A stretch of DNA of 64,000 nucleotides, from contig OZ245838.1 in NCBI GenBank assembly GCA_965228735.1, positions 2,688,001 through 2,752,000 of the forward strand, written 5' to 3'. Below the pieces are notes generated by a model. That model was not told the origin of the DNA, searched no databases, and worked only from the letters and a program-made list of their open reading frames with translations. The translations under genes were made by a program, and so were the position numbers. This document shows positions 48,332 through 57,320 of the stretch, piece by piece. The stretch is from Planctomycetota bacterium. Its GTDB lineage: Bacteria; Planctomycetota; UBA1135; UBA2386. How positions within the stretch are numbered: position 1 is the stretch's first letter; each line of letters starts with the position of its first letter.

Positions 48332-48348
48332 GGGTTCGGTACCGCCAT

Positions 48349-49335
48349 CTAGTTGCGGGGGCCGCGGATGCCGACCGCGTCGCGCACGAGGGCCATGGTC
48401 TCTTCGGCCGCGGTGCGCGCCTTCTGGGCGCCGTGGGCCAGGATCTCGTCGAGTTCGTCCGGGCGCTCGCGCAGCTCGTTCGCGCGTTCGCGGATCGGGC
48501 CCTTCACGGCCTCGAGGTTGCTGGCGAGCCTGCCCTTGCAGTCGACGCAACCGAGCGCGGCGCTGCGGCAGCCCTCGGCGATGTCCGCGCGCTCGGCCTC
48601 GGACGAGAAGAACCCGTGGTAGGCGTAGATGTTGCAGACCTCGGGCGTGCCCGGGTCCTTGCGCTGCACCCGCGCCGGGTCGGTCTTGGCCGAGCGCAGC
48701 TTCTTCAGCGTCTGCTCGGGGGTCTCGAACAGCCCGATCTCGTTGCCCTTGCTCTTGCTCATCTTGGACTCGCCGTCGAGGCCCATGACGCGCGGGGCGT
48801 TGCTCTTCACGACCTTCGGCTCGGGGAAGACCTTCTCGTAGATCGCGTTGAACCGCCGCACGGTCTCGCGCGCGAGCTCGAGGTGCTGGTTCTGGTCGTC
48901 GCCGACGGGCACGGCCTCGGCGCGATAGAGCACGATGTCGGCCGTCTGCAGCACGGGATACGTGAACAGTCCGGCGTTGATGTTGTCGGGCTGCTGCGCG
49001 CTCTTGTCCTTGAACTGCGTCATGCGGTTGAGGTCGCCGAGCTGCGTGAGGCAGGTCAGGATCCAGGACAGCTCGACGTGCTGCGGCACCGCGGATTGGA
49101 CGAACAGCGTCGCCTTCTCCGGGTCGACGCCGCTCGCGAGCACGCCGATCGCGACCTCGCGCACGGCGTTCCTCAGCACGTCCGCGGCAGGCCGCTGCGT
49201 CAGCGCGTGCAGATCGACGATGCAGAAGAACGACTCGTATTGCTCCTGCAGCTCGACCCAGTTGACGATCGCGCCGAGGTAGTTGCCGATGTGCAGATTG
49301 CCGGTCGGCTGGACGCCTGACATGGTTCGGACCAT
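48349..49335 (-). CDS. trpS: Tryptophanyl-tRNA synthetase
   Basis: SGVQPTGNLHIGNYLGA, YPVLQTADI, VPVGDDQ, KMSKS. Confidence 0.98.
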   Translation of the reverse strand: MVRTMSGVQPTGNLHIGNYLGAIVNWVELQEQYESFFCIVDLHALTQRPAADVLRNAVREVAIGVLASGVDPEKATLFVQSAVPQHVELSWILTCLTQLGDLNRMTQFKDKSAQQPDNINAGLFTYPVLQTADIVLYRAEAVPVGDDQNQHLELARETVRRFNAIYEKVFPEPKVVKSNAPRVMGLDGESKMSKSKGNEIGLFETPEQTLKKLRSAKTDPARVQRKDPGTPEVCNIYAYHGFFSSEAERADIAEGCRSAALGCVDCKGRLASNLEAVKGPIRERANELRERPDELDEILAHGAQKARTAAEETMALVRDAVGIRGPRN

Positions 49336-49502
49336 GGCTGCCGGTATAGCCGGCACGAATTCGGTCACAACGGCGGACGTGAGAATGCGCTGAGGCCTGC
49401 CCCCGAGCCGCCCGCCATTCCCCGGTTTCCCAACTCGACCCGGCCCGCCCCGGCAGTATGTTCCCTGGCCAAGAGATGGCGCGTCGAAGCCGCACCCCAG
49501 TC

Positions 49503-50969
49503 ATGTGGATCCAGCGGGTCGCGGCCCTGCTGCTGCTCGTCGTGCTGTCGTCGTGCTCGCTGATGCCGCGCGAGCTCAACCTGACGCCGATCTGGTTCCA
49601 CCGGCTCGACGAGGACGGCACCCTGCTCGAGTGCGACTTCCTCTGGCCGATCGTGCACTACGAGCAGACGCCGGAGGGCGGCGACGATTTCCGCATCCGG
49701 CCGCTCTACCGGCGCGTGACGGAGTCCGAGGATCTCAACGTCGGCGAGGGCGCGGCGGTCGAGCACCAGTTCCTCGTGCCGTTCGGGCGGGTCCGGCAGG
49801 ACGCCGGTGAGACGTCGCACCGACTGTGGCCGCTCTGGAGCTGGCGCGCGCACCGCAACGAGGTCGGCGAGTGCGACGTCGACTGGTACTTCCTGTTCCC
49901 GTTCTTCTGGGGCGGCTGGAGCGCGGACGGGCGCGAGGACTACTTCGCGTTCTTCCCGTTCTACGCGGACATCCCGCAGTTCCTCACGTGGGACCGCTTC
50001 CAGGCGATCCTGTTCCCGCTGTATCTGCGGCTCGACAAGGAAGGGCACCGCCACTTCATGTTCCTGTGGCCGCTCATCGGCACGAGCTCGTGCGCGGAGA
50101 ACGGCCACCAACGCTTCCACTTCTACCCGTTCTACGGGCACGACATCGATCCCGGCATCCACGACCGGCGGTTCGTCTTGTGGCCGTTCATCAGCTGGAG
50201 CACGGAGCTGCAGGACACCGACTCGCCGGTCGACAGCTACTGGTTCTGGCCGTTCGCCGCGTGGCGCACGGGCCGCGACGTCGGCGGCTGGAGCGTGCTG
50301 TGGCCGTTCTTCTCGCACACCTGGAAGAACGACCACTTCACGATCCTGCATCTGTTCTGGCCCTTGTTCCACTACTACTACAACCGCGCGCAGGACGAGG
50401 TCACGACGTGGTGGCTCTGGCCGTTCTTCGCGCGCACGAAGAGCACGGACCAGGACAGCTGGTCGGCGCTGTGGCCGCTGATCTGGTGGCGGCGCTACGA
50501 CGATCCCGATGGTGTCACCGAGCAACAGTGGGTGCTGCCGTTCTTCTGGCACATCCGGATGGACAACCACGACGGCACCAGCGAGGACCACACCAAGATC
50601 TGGCCGCTCTGGCATCGCACGGTGCACAAGGACGCAGACGGCAACATCGTCAAGGGTGACTCGAGCCTGCTGTCGCCGCTGCCCGTGCGCGGCAGCAGCG
50701 CGGCCGGCCTGCAGGAGACCTACGGCTTCCTCTGGGAGCTCGCGGTGTCGCGCCAGCGCGGTCCCGACGACCACTCGTTCGACGTGCTCGGCCGCGCCTA
50801 CACCGAACGCGAGCGCAACGGCTCGAAGACGAGCAGCGTGCCGTTCCTGTTCAACTACGAACGCAGCAGCTCCGGGCAGCGCACGCTGCGGCTGTTCCAG
50901 TTCCTCCCGATCCCGCTCGGCGGCGGCGACGGCGACGAAATCGAGACCCCGGAGGACACGGCTCAGTGA
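49503..50969 (+). CDS. Aromatic-rich (L/F)WP(L/F)-repeat lipoprotein
   Basis: Signal ending LSSC; many WP/FP repeats (FLWPIV, LWPLW, LWPFI, FWPF, LWPFF); stop overlaps the mlaE start. Confidence 0.8.
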   Translation: MWIQRVAALLLLVVLSSCSLMPRELNLTPIWFHRLDEDGTLLECDFLWPIVHYEQTPEGGDDFRIRPLYRRVTESEDLNVGEGAAVEHQFLVPFGRVRQDAGETSHRLWPLWSWRAHRNEVGECDVDWYFLFPFFWGGWSADGREDYFAFFPFYADIPQFLTWDRFQAILFPLYLRLDKEGHRHFMFLWPLIGTSSCAENGHQRFHFYPFYGHDIDPGIHDRRFVLWPFISWSTELQDTDSPVDSYWFWPFAAWRTGRDVGGWSVLWPFFSHTWKNDHFTILHLFWPLFHYYYNRAQDEVTTWWLWPFFARTKSTDQDSWSALWPLIWWRRYDDPDGVTEQQWVLPFFWHIRMDNHDGTSEDHTKIWPLWHRTVHKDADGNIVKGDSSLLSPLPVRGSSAAGLQETYGFLWELAVSRQRGPDDHSFDVLGRAYTERERNGSKTSSVPFLFNYERSSSGQRTLRLFQFLPIPLGGGDGDEIETPEDTAQ

Positions 50970-51763
50970 ACCCGTTCGCCGCGGTCGGCAACATGCTCAC
51001 GGAGCGCGTCGAGGGCGCCGGCTACATCGTCGGCCTGCTCGTCCGGACGTTCGGGCAGCTCGCGTACCTGCCGCGGCGGCTGCGGTTCATGCTCGACGCC
51101 GCGTTCAACGCGGGCGTGCGCTCGCTGCCCGTGACGATGATCGTCGCGGCGTTCGCGGGCGCCATCCTCGCGATGCAGACCGGCATCGAGCTGCGGCGGT
51201 TCGGCGACACCGCGATCCTCGGCACGATCACGTCGCTGTCGATGTGCCGCGAGATGGGCCCGTTCATCACCGCGGTGATCCTCGCCGCGACGGTCGGTTC
51301 CGCGATGGCCGCGGAGATCGGCACGATGAAGGTCAGCGACGAGATCGCCGCCCTCGAGGTGATGTCGGTCGACCCCGTGAACTACCTCGTGCTGCCGCGC
51401 GTCGTCGCCCTCGCGCTCATGTGCCCGACGCTGACCGTGCTGTCGAACCTCATCGGCATCTTCGGCGGCAGCATCATCGCGGAGCAGAACCTCGGCGTCA
51501 GCGGCGCGCTGTTCTGGAACAGCGCGCGCGAAGCGCTGACGGAGACCGGCGCGATCCTGCCCAAGGAGGTCTACGTCGGTCTGTTCAAGGCGCTGGTCTT
51601 CGGCACCGTCATCGCCGTCGTCAGCTGCGCGGCCGGTCTGCGCGCGAAGGGCGGCGCGCTCGGCGTCGGCCTCGCGGTGCAGAACGCGGTGCGCAACTCC
51701 GTGATCCTGGTCATCATCCTGGGCTTCATCATCACCTGGTTCTTCTACTTCCTCGCGGGATGA
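50966..51763 (+). CDS. mlaE: MlaE-family ABC permease
   Basis: REMGPFITAVILA..GSAMAAEIGTMKVSDEIAALEVM.VDP..YLVLPR. Confidence 0.95.
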   Translation: MNPFAAVGNMLTERVEGAGYIVGLLVRTFGQLAYLPRRLRFMLDAAFNAGVRSLPVTMIVAAFAGAILAMQTGIELRRFGDTAILGTITSLSMCREMGPFITAVILAATVGSAMAAEIGTMKVSDEIAALEVMSVDPVNYLVLPRVVALALMCPTLTVLSNLIGIFGGSIIAEQNLGVSGALFWNSAREALTETGAILPKEVYVGLFKALVFGTVIAVVSCAAGLRAKGGALGVGLAVQNAVRNSVILVIILGFIITWFFYFLAG

Positions 51764-52488
51764 TCGAGCTCCTCGACGTCAAGAAGCGCCTCGGCGGCCG
51801 CCAGATCCTCGACGGCATGACGCTGACGGTGAACAAGGGCCTCAACTACGTGCTCATGGGCCCGTCCGGCACGGGCAAGAGCGTCACGTTGCGGCACGTC
51901 ATCGGCATCATGCGACCCGACAGCGGCACGGTCCGCGTCGACGGTCTCGAAGTGCCGACGATGAACGAGAGGGAGCTCATGGCCCTGCGCAAGCGCATGG
52001 GCTACCTGTTCCAGAACGGCGCGCTCATCAACTGGCTGTCGGTCTACGACAACGTCGCGCTGCCGCTCAAGGAGCACGGCAAGATCAAGAAGAGCGAGCT
52101 CGAGGACCGCGTCCACGAGGTCCTCGGCCTCGTCGGAATGGACCACGCGGCCAAGCAGTTCCCGCCGAGCATCTCGGGCGGCATGAAGCTGCGCGCCGGC
52201 CTCGCGCGCGCGCTCGTGACCAAGCCCGAGTACGTGCTCTACGACGAACCCAACGCGGGCCTCGACCCGATCATCAGCAAGCAGATCCACGAGCTCATCG
52301 CCGAGGTGCGGGACACCCTGCACGTGACGGGCCTCATCGTCACCCACTCGCGCGCCTGCGCCACGCAATGCGGCGACCGCATCGGGGTGATCGGGGACGG
52401 CCGCATCGCGGTCGAGGGCTCGGTCGAGGAAATGCTCCACAGTGACCACGAACTCGCGGCCTCGTTCCTCGGCGAAGGCAGCGACTGA
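51760..52488 (+). CDS. mlaF: MlaF-family ABC ATPase
   Basis: GPSGTGKS, LFQNGAL, ISGGM, LYDEP; ATGA overlap with mlaE. Confidence 0.95.
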   Translation: MIELLDVKKRLGGRQILDGMTLTVNKGLNYVLMGPSGTGKSVTLRHVIGIMRPDSGTVRVDGLEVPTMNERELMALRKRMGYLFQNGALINWLSVYDNVALPLKEHGKIKKSELEDRVHEVLGLVGMDHAAKQFPPSISGGMKLRAGLARALVTKPEYVLYDEPNAGLDPIISKQIHELIAEVRDTLHVTGLIVTHSRACATQCGDRIGVIGDGRIAVEGSVEEMLHSDHELAASFLGEGSD

Positions 52489-52522
52489 CTAAAATGCCGG
52501 CTATCGCCGGACTCACGCGATC

Positions 52523-53695
52523 ATGGAACGCACCCGCCGCGACACTCTCCTCGGCCTCGTGTTCTTCGGAACTCTCGGCTTCCTGCTCTGGGCCACGGTC
52601 AACCTGACCGACATCCAGTTCGGCCGCGTCGACCCGCTCGTCGTCTGGTTCGAGGACGGCGGCAGCGCGCAGGTCGGCACGAACGTGTTCGTGCTCGGCA
52701 AGCGCTACGGCAAAGTCACGGAGATCGACGTCGATTACTCGTCCGAACGCCGCGAGACCCCGATCCGGATGGTCCTGCAGATCGACGGTGAGATCCCGCT
52801 CACCGACGAGTACCTGATCGAGGTCCGCGCCGCCGGGGTGCTCGGCGGCAAACAGGTCTACATCGACCCGGGCCGCGGCGAACGGCTCGCGGCCGGCGCG
52901 GAGCTGCGCGGCGCCGTCGAGCGCAGCGTGTTCGAGGCGTTCACCGACCTCGCCGAGGGTCAGGGTCCCGTTGGCAGCAACCTCAACAACGCGATCACCG
53001 CGATCCGCGAGGCGTTCGAGGCGTTGCAGGATCCCAACAACACGGGCGGCCGCCTGCTCACGCAGCGCGATCTCTACAACGAGATCCTCGAGACGTTCGA
53101 GAGCATCAACAACATCCTCGGCACGATCGAGGGCGGCGAAACCACGCTCGGGCGACTCGCGATGGACACCCAGATGGGCGAACGCGTGCAGTTCCTCATC
53201 GACAACCTCGCGACCGCGAGCGCTTCGCTCAACCGGTCCGAGGGCACGATCGGCATGCTGCTCAACGACACGCAGACGGCCGACAACATGCGCTCGATCG
53301 TCGCCGACGTGCAGGTCCTGCTCGCCGATGCGCGCAACGGGCGCGGCGTGATCGGGCGGCTGTTCCGCGACGAGTTGCTCGGCAACGACTTCGCCAACGC
53401 CATCGCGAGCCTCGACGAAGTGCTGCGGAACGCCAACGATCCGGATGCCGGTCTCGTCGGCGCCGCGCTCTCGGACCCGCAGACCGCCGAGGACTTCAAG
53501 ATCGCGATCGCCAACATCCGCGACGTGACCGATCAGCTCACCCGCAGCGAGGGCGCGCTCGGCATCCTGATCAACGACCGCGCCGTGGGCGTCCGCCTGC
53601 GCCGCATCTTCACCCAGGTCTCGCGCGCGCTCGAGGACGCGCGCGAGGCCGCGCCGATCAGCAGCTTCGTGCAGGTGCTGCTCGGCGTGTTCTGA
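52523..53695 (+). CDS. mlaD: MlaD/MCE-family protein with a long helical repeat tail
   Basis: N-terminal TM helix; MCE pattern G..V...G...GKV and GVLGGKQVYIDPG; repeated G(T/V/A)(L/I)G.L..D units. Confidence 0.88.
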   Translation: MERTRRDTLLGLVFFGTLGFLLWATVNLTDIQFGRVDPLVVWFEDGGSAQVGTNVFVLGKRYGKVTEIDVDYSSERRETPIRMVLQIDGEIPLTDEYLIEVRAAGVLGGKQVYIDPGRGERLAAGAELRGAVERSVFEAFTDLAEGQGPVGSNLNNAITAIREAFEALQDPNNTGGRLLTQRDLYNEILETFESINNILGTIEGGETTLGRLAMDTQMGERVQFLIDNLATASASLNRSEGTIGMLLNDTQTADNMRSIVADVQVLLADARNGRGVIGRLFRDELLGNDFANAIASLDEVLRNANDPDAGLVGAALSDPQTAEDFKIAIANIRDVTDQLTRSEGALGILINDRAVGVRLRRIFTQVSRALEDAREAAPISSFVQVLLGVF

Positions 53696-53733
53696 CGGAG
53701 TGCCGACCCTGACCGGGTAGCGACCCGGACCGA

Positions 53734-55182
53734 GTGACAATGAGCAGCGACGACGACGACGACGTGTTCTCGACCACCGATCGGGTCGAAGAACCCCGAT
53801 ACTGGCTCCGACTCGCCGCCTGCTTCGGGCTGCTCTATCTGTTGCTCTACGGGCTGCCGTTCCCGCTCGGCAGCCTGCCCAGCCAGGGCGGTCAGTGGCC
53901 ATTGGCCGCGGCCGCGACCTGGGCGACGGAAACGGTCACCGGGGAAGAACTCGAAGAAGCCCCCAAGTGGTCGCGGTATCCCGGCAAGTGGCTCGGCGAG
54001 GTCCAGGAAGAGATCGACTGGTCCGTTGTGCAGTTCGGCGTCCACGTGCTGAGGCAAGAGCAGGACGAGGTCGAGCCCAAGGTCACGGGCAGCGGTGACA
54101 CGCTGCACGACTGGGTGCGCACCGCCCTGGCACTCGTGCTCGCCCTGCTCGCAGCGCCGCTGCTGGCCTGGCCGATCGGTCGCCGCGGGCTGCGGTGGTG
54201 GTACGGCAGCACCCGCGTTCTCGTGCGCTATGGGCTCGCGGCGACGATGACCACCTACGGCTTCGTGAAGGCGTACCCGCTGCAGTTCAGCGCTCCGACC
54301 GGCGACCGGCTCTACGGCACGTTCGGGGACGCGTCGCCGATGAACATGCTGTGGACGTTCATGGGGAGCTCGCCCGCATACACCTCGCTCAGCGGCATCG
54401 CCGAGGTGGTCGGCGGCCTGTTGCTGCTCTTCCGTCGCACGACGACGGCCGGCGCGCTGCTCTCGGGCGCCGTGATGAGCAACGTGCTCGCCCTCAACCT
54501 CTGCTACGACGTGCCCGTGAAGCTGTTCTCGGCGCACATGGTGCTGTTCGCGGCGTTCTTGCTGATCGCGCCCGCACCGCGGCTGTGGCGCGCGCTGTTC
54601 TCGCAGCAGGCGATTCCCGCCGCGCCCGAGCCCCGGGCGCCGGCCTGGCTCCGCTGGCCCGGCCACGGCCTCAAGGTCATCGCGTTCCTCGCGATCTTCG
54701 TCTCGCCCTGGGTGTTCATGGATCAGTACTGGGCGCAAAGCAGCGCGCGGCCGACCGGACCGCTCGCGGGCATCTGGGAGGTCAAGGAGTTCGAGTCCGA
54801 TCTCGCCGCGCCCGATCAGTGGCATCGCCTGGTGATCGCGTACGCGGGCAGCGCGGAAGCCGCCACCGCCTACAGCACGATCGTCGAGAACGATCGGGAC
54901 ACGCATCGCGGCCAGGCGGTCATCGACGAGGACGCGCGGACCATCACGGTCACGCCGCAGAACGAGCCGGAGGAATCCGCGACGACCTTCACCCTCGGTT
55001 ACGAACCCCAACCGACCGAGCCTGGCTCGGAGCCGGCGAACGAGCGCCTCGTGATCACCGGCACGGTCGATGGCCACGACGTTCGCGCCGTCGTCGAGCG
55101 GCGTGACGAGGCGTCGTTCCGCCTGAACAGCACCGGCTTCCGGTGGGTTCAAGAGGTGCCGTTCAACCGCAACCAGAAGTGA
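53734..55182 (+). CDS. Multi-TM membrane protein (DoxX-like)
   Basis: YGFVK..P.QF..P, SPMNMLWTFMG.S..Y, LLLFRRT..GAL, N.CYDVPVK. Confidence 0.7.
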   Translation: MTMSSDDDDDVFSTTDRVEEPRYWLRLAACFGLLYLLLYGLPFPLGSLPSQGGQWPLAAAATWATETVTGEELEEAPKWSRYPGKWLGEVQEEIDWSVVQFGVHVLRQEQDEVEPKVTGSGDTLHDWVRTALALVLALLAAPLLAWPIGRRGLRWWYGSTRVLVRYGLAATMTTYGFVKAYPLQFSAPTGDRLYGTFGDASPMNMLWTFMGSSPAYTSLSGIAEVVGGLLLLFRRTTTAGALLSGAVMSNVLALNLCYDVPVKLFSAHMVLFAAFLLIAPAPRLWRALFSQQAIPAAPEPRAPAWLRWPGHGLKVIAFLAIFVSPWVFMDQYWAQSSARPTGPLAGIWEVKEFESDLAAPDQWHRLVIAYAGSAEAATAYSTIVENDRDTHRGQAVIDEDARTITVTPQNEPEESATTFTLGYEPQPTEPGSEPANERLVITGTVDGHDVRAVVERRDEASFRLNSTGFRWVQEVPFNRNQK

Positions 55183-57275
55183 CCGCTCGCCCCCACGACA
55201 CTCGCGCGGTCCCGATCGCCCTCGCCGCGGCGTTCGCGATCGTTGCCCCCACCGCGGCCCAGGAGCGGGCCGCACCCTCGATCGTCGTGATCCTCGCCGA
55301 CGACCTCGGCTGGTCCGACATCGGGTGCTACGGCTCCGAGATCGAGACCCCCGTGCTCGACGGGCTCGCGGCCGGCGGACTGCGGTTCACGCAGTTCTAC
55401 AACGGGGCGCGCTGTTGCCCGACGCGCACAGCGCTCCTCACGGGGCAGTACGCGCACCGCGCCGGCGTCGGTCACATGACGGGTGACAAGCAGCATCCGG
55501 GTTACCGCGGACGCCTCGCCGACGACGTCGTGACGATCGCCGAAGTGCTCGGTCCGGCCGGCTACCGCACGGGCATGGTCGGCAAGTGGCACGTGACCGG
55601 ACAGCTGCGGCACGATGGCGACAAATCGTGCTGGCCGCGGCAACGCGGGTTCGAGGCCTTCTGGGGCACGATCCTCGGCGCGGGCAGCTTCTTCGAACCG
55701 CAGACGCTGACGGCCGGCAACGACCCGGCCGAGGTCGACGACACGTTCTACTACACCGACGCGATCGGCGACCGCAGTGCCGCGTTCGTGCGCGCGCAGG
55801 CGGCGTCCGACCCGTTCTTCCTCTACGTCGCGTTCACCGCGCCGCACTGGCCGCTGCACGCCCGCGCCGCGGACATCGAGGCGCAGCGCGGCCGCTACGA
55901 TCGCGGCTGGGACGCGCTGCGCGACGCGCGCCGTCAGAAGCAGATCGAGCTCGGATTGATCGACGCGGACTGGCCGCTGACCGACCGCGACCCGCGCGTG
56001 CCGCCGTGGAACGAGGCCGCGAACAAGGCCTGGGAAGCGCGCCGCATGGCGGTCTACGCCGCGCAGGTCGTCGCGATGGACCGCGCGATCGGCCGCATCG
56101 TCGACGCGCTGCGTGAATCGAACCGGCTCGACGACACGCTCATTCTCTTTCTCGCGGACAACGGCGGCTGCGCCGAAGAGCTCACCGACCGCTGGTCCGG
56201 CCCGTTCATCTCGCGCCAGACCCGGAGCGGCGAGCCCGTCACTGTTGGCAACGATCCGAACGTCATGCCCGGTCCCGAGACGACCTACCAGAGCTACGGG
56301 CTGCCGTGGGCCAACGCGAGCAACACGCCGTTCCGACTCTACAAGCACTACGTGCACGAGGGCGGCATCAGCTCGCCGCTGATCGCGCACTGGCCGAACG
56401 GGATCACCGCGCGCGGGCAACTGCGCCGCACGCCGAGTCACATCGTCGACGTGATGGCGACGTGCGTCGCGATCAGCGGCGCCGACTACCCGGCGGCGCG
56501 CGGTGACGCCGAAGTGCCACCGCCGGCCGGCACGTCGCTGCTGCCGGTGTTCGAGAACGACCAGCTCGAGGGCCGCGACCTCGGCTTCGAGCACGAGGGC
56601 AACCGCGCGCTGCGCCGCGGCCGCTTCAAGCTCGTGGCGAAGGGCGCCGGTTCGCCGTGGGAGCTCTACGACCTGCAGGTCGATCGCACGGAGACCAACG
56701 ATCTCGCGAACGAACGTCCCGAGCTCACCGCCGAACTCGCGAAGGCGTGGCAGGACTGGGCCGAGCAGAACCGCGTGCTGCCGCTCCTCGGCGCGGGCCG
56801 GATCGAACCGAGCAAGGAGCGTCACTTCGAGCTCGCGCACGGCGCGAACCTCGACCGCTATCAGGCGCCGGACCTCCGCCGACGCGGCTTCACGTTCACG
56901 CTGCAGGGCCGCCTCGACGGCGACGGCGTGCTGTTCGCGCAGGGCGGCAGTTCGCACGGCCTCGCGCTCTACCGCCAGGCCGCCCACCTCGTCTTCGCGA
57001 CGCGGGTCGGCGGCAAGCTGACGGTGGTGCGTTCGCAGAACGCGGTCGAGGACGGCCCCATCGACTACACCGGCACACTCGCCGCCGACGGCACGATCAC
57101 GGTGCGCGATCGCGGGGCGACCACCGTGCTCCTCGAGGGCCAGGTCCAACTCCAACGGCAGCACCCCGCCGACGGTCTGCAGGTCGGTCGTGACATCCGC
57201 GGCGCCGTGGGCCGCTACGAGGCTCCGTTCCCCCTGCAGGGTCACATCACCCGCCTGACGATCGACCTGATGTGA
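55179..57275 (+). CDS. Arylsulfatase with a C-terminal beta-sandwich domain
   Basis: ILADDLGWSD, formylglycine motif CCPTR..LLTG, VGKWH, DNG, ELYDL..D..E..DLA; GTG start overlapping the upstream stop. Confidence 0.95.
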   Translation: MTARPHDTRAVPIALAAAFAIVAPTAAQERAAPSIVVILADDLGWSDIGCYGSEIETPVLDGLAAGGLRFTQFYNGARCCPTRTALLTGQYAHRAGVGHMTGDKQHPGYRGRLADDVVTIAEVLGPAGYRTGMVGKWHVTGQLRHDGDKSCWPRQRGFEAFWGTILGAGSFFEPQTLTAGNDPAEVDDTFYYTDAIGDRSAAFVRAQAASDPFFLYVAFTAPHWPLHARAADIEAQRGRYDRGWDALRDARRQKQIELGLIDADWPLTDRDPRVPPWNEAANKAWEARRMAVYAAQVVAMDRAIGRIVDALRESNRLDDTLILFLADNGGCAEELTDRWSGPFISRQTRSGEPVTVGNDPNVMPGPETTYQSYGLPWANASNTPFRLYKHYVHEGGISSPLIAHWPNGITARGQLRRTPSHIVDVMATCVAISGADYPAARGDAEVPPPAGTSLLPVFENDQLEGRDLGFEHEGNRALRRGRFKLVAKGAGSPWELYDLQVDRTETNDLANERPELTAELAKAWQDWAEQNRVLPLLGAGRIEPSKERHFELAHGANLDRYQAPDLRRRGFTFTLQGRLDGDGVLFAQGGSSHGLALYRQAAHLVFATRVGGKLTVVRSQNAVEDGPIDYTGTLAADGTITVRDRGATTVLLEGQVQLQRQHPADGLQVGRDIRGAVGRYEAPFPLQGHITRLTIDLM

Positions 57276-57320
57276 CCCGTGCGGGTTACGGCCCGCGTTG
57301 GCCGAACTATCCCGGGGACC

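Larger units (their letters stand above)
46240..48348. repeat. REP/REPIN-like element interrupted by the group II intron
   Basis: Left arm 46240-46272, 51-bp spacer, right arm split into 46324-46339 and 48332-48348; the rejoined arm matches the left arm's reverse complement at 32 of 33 positions. Confidence 0.88.
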
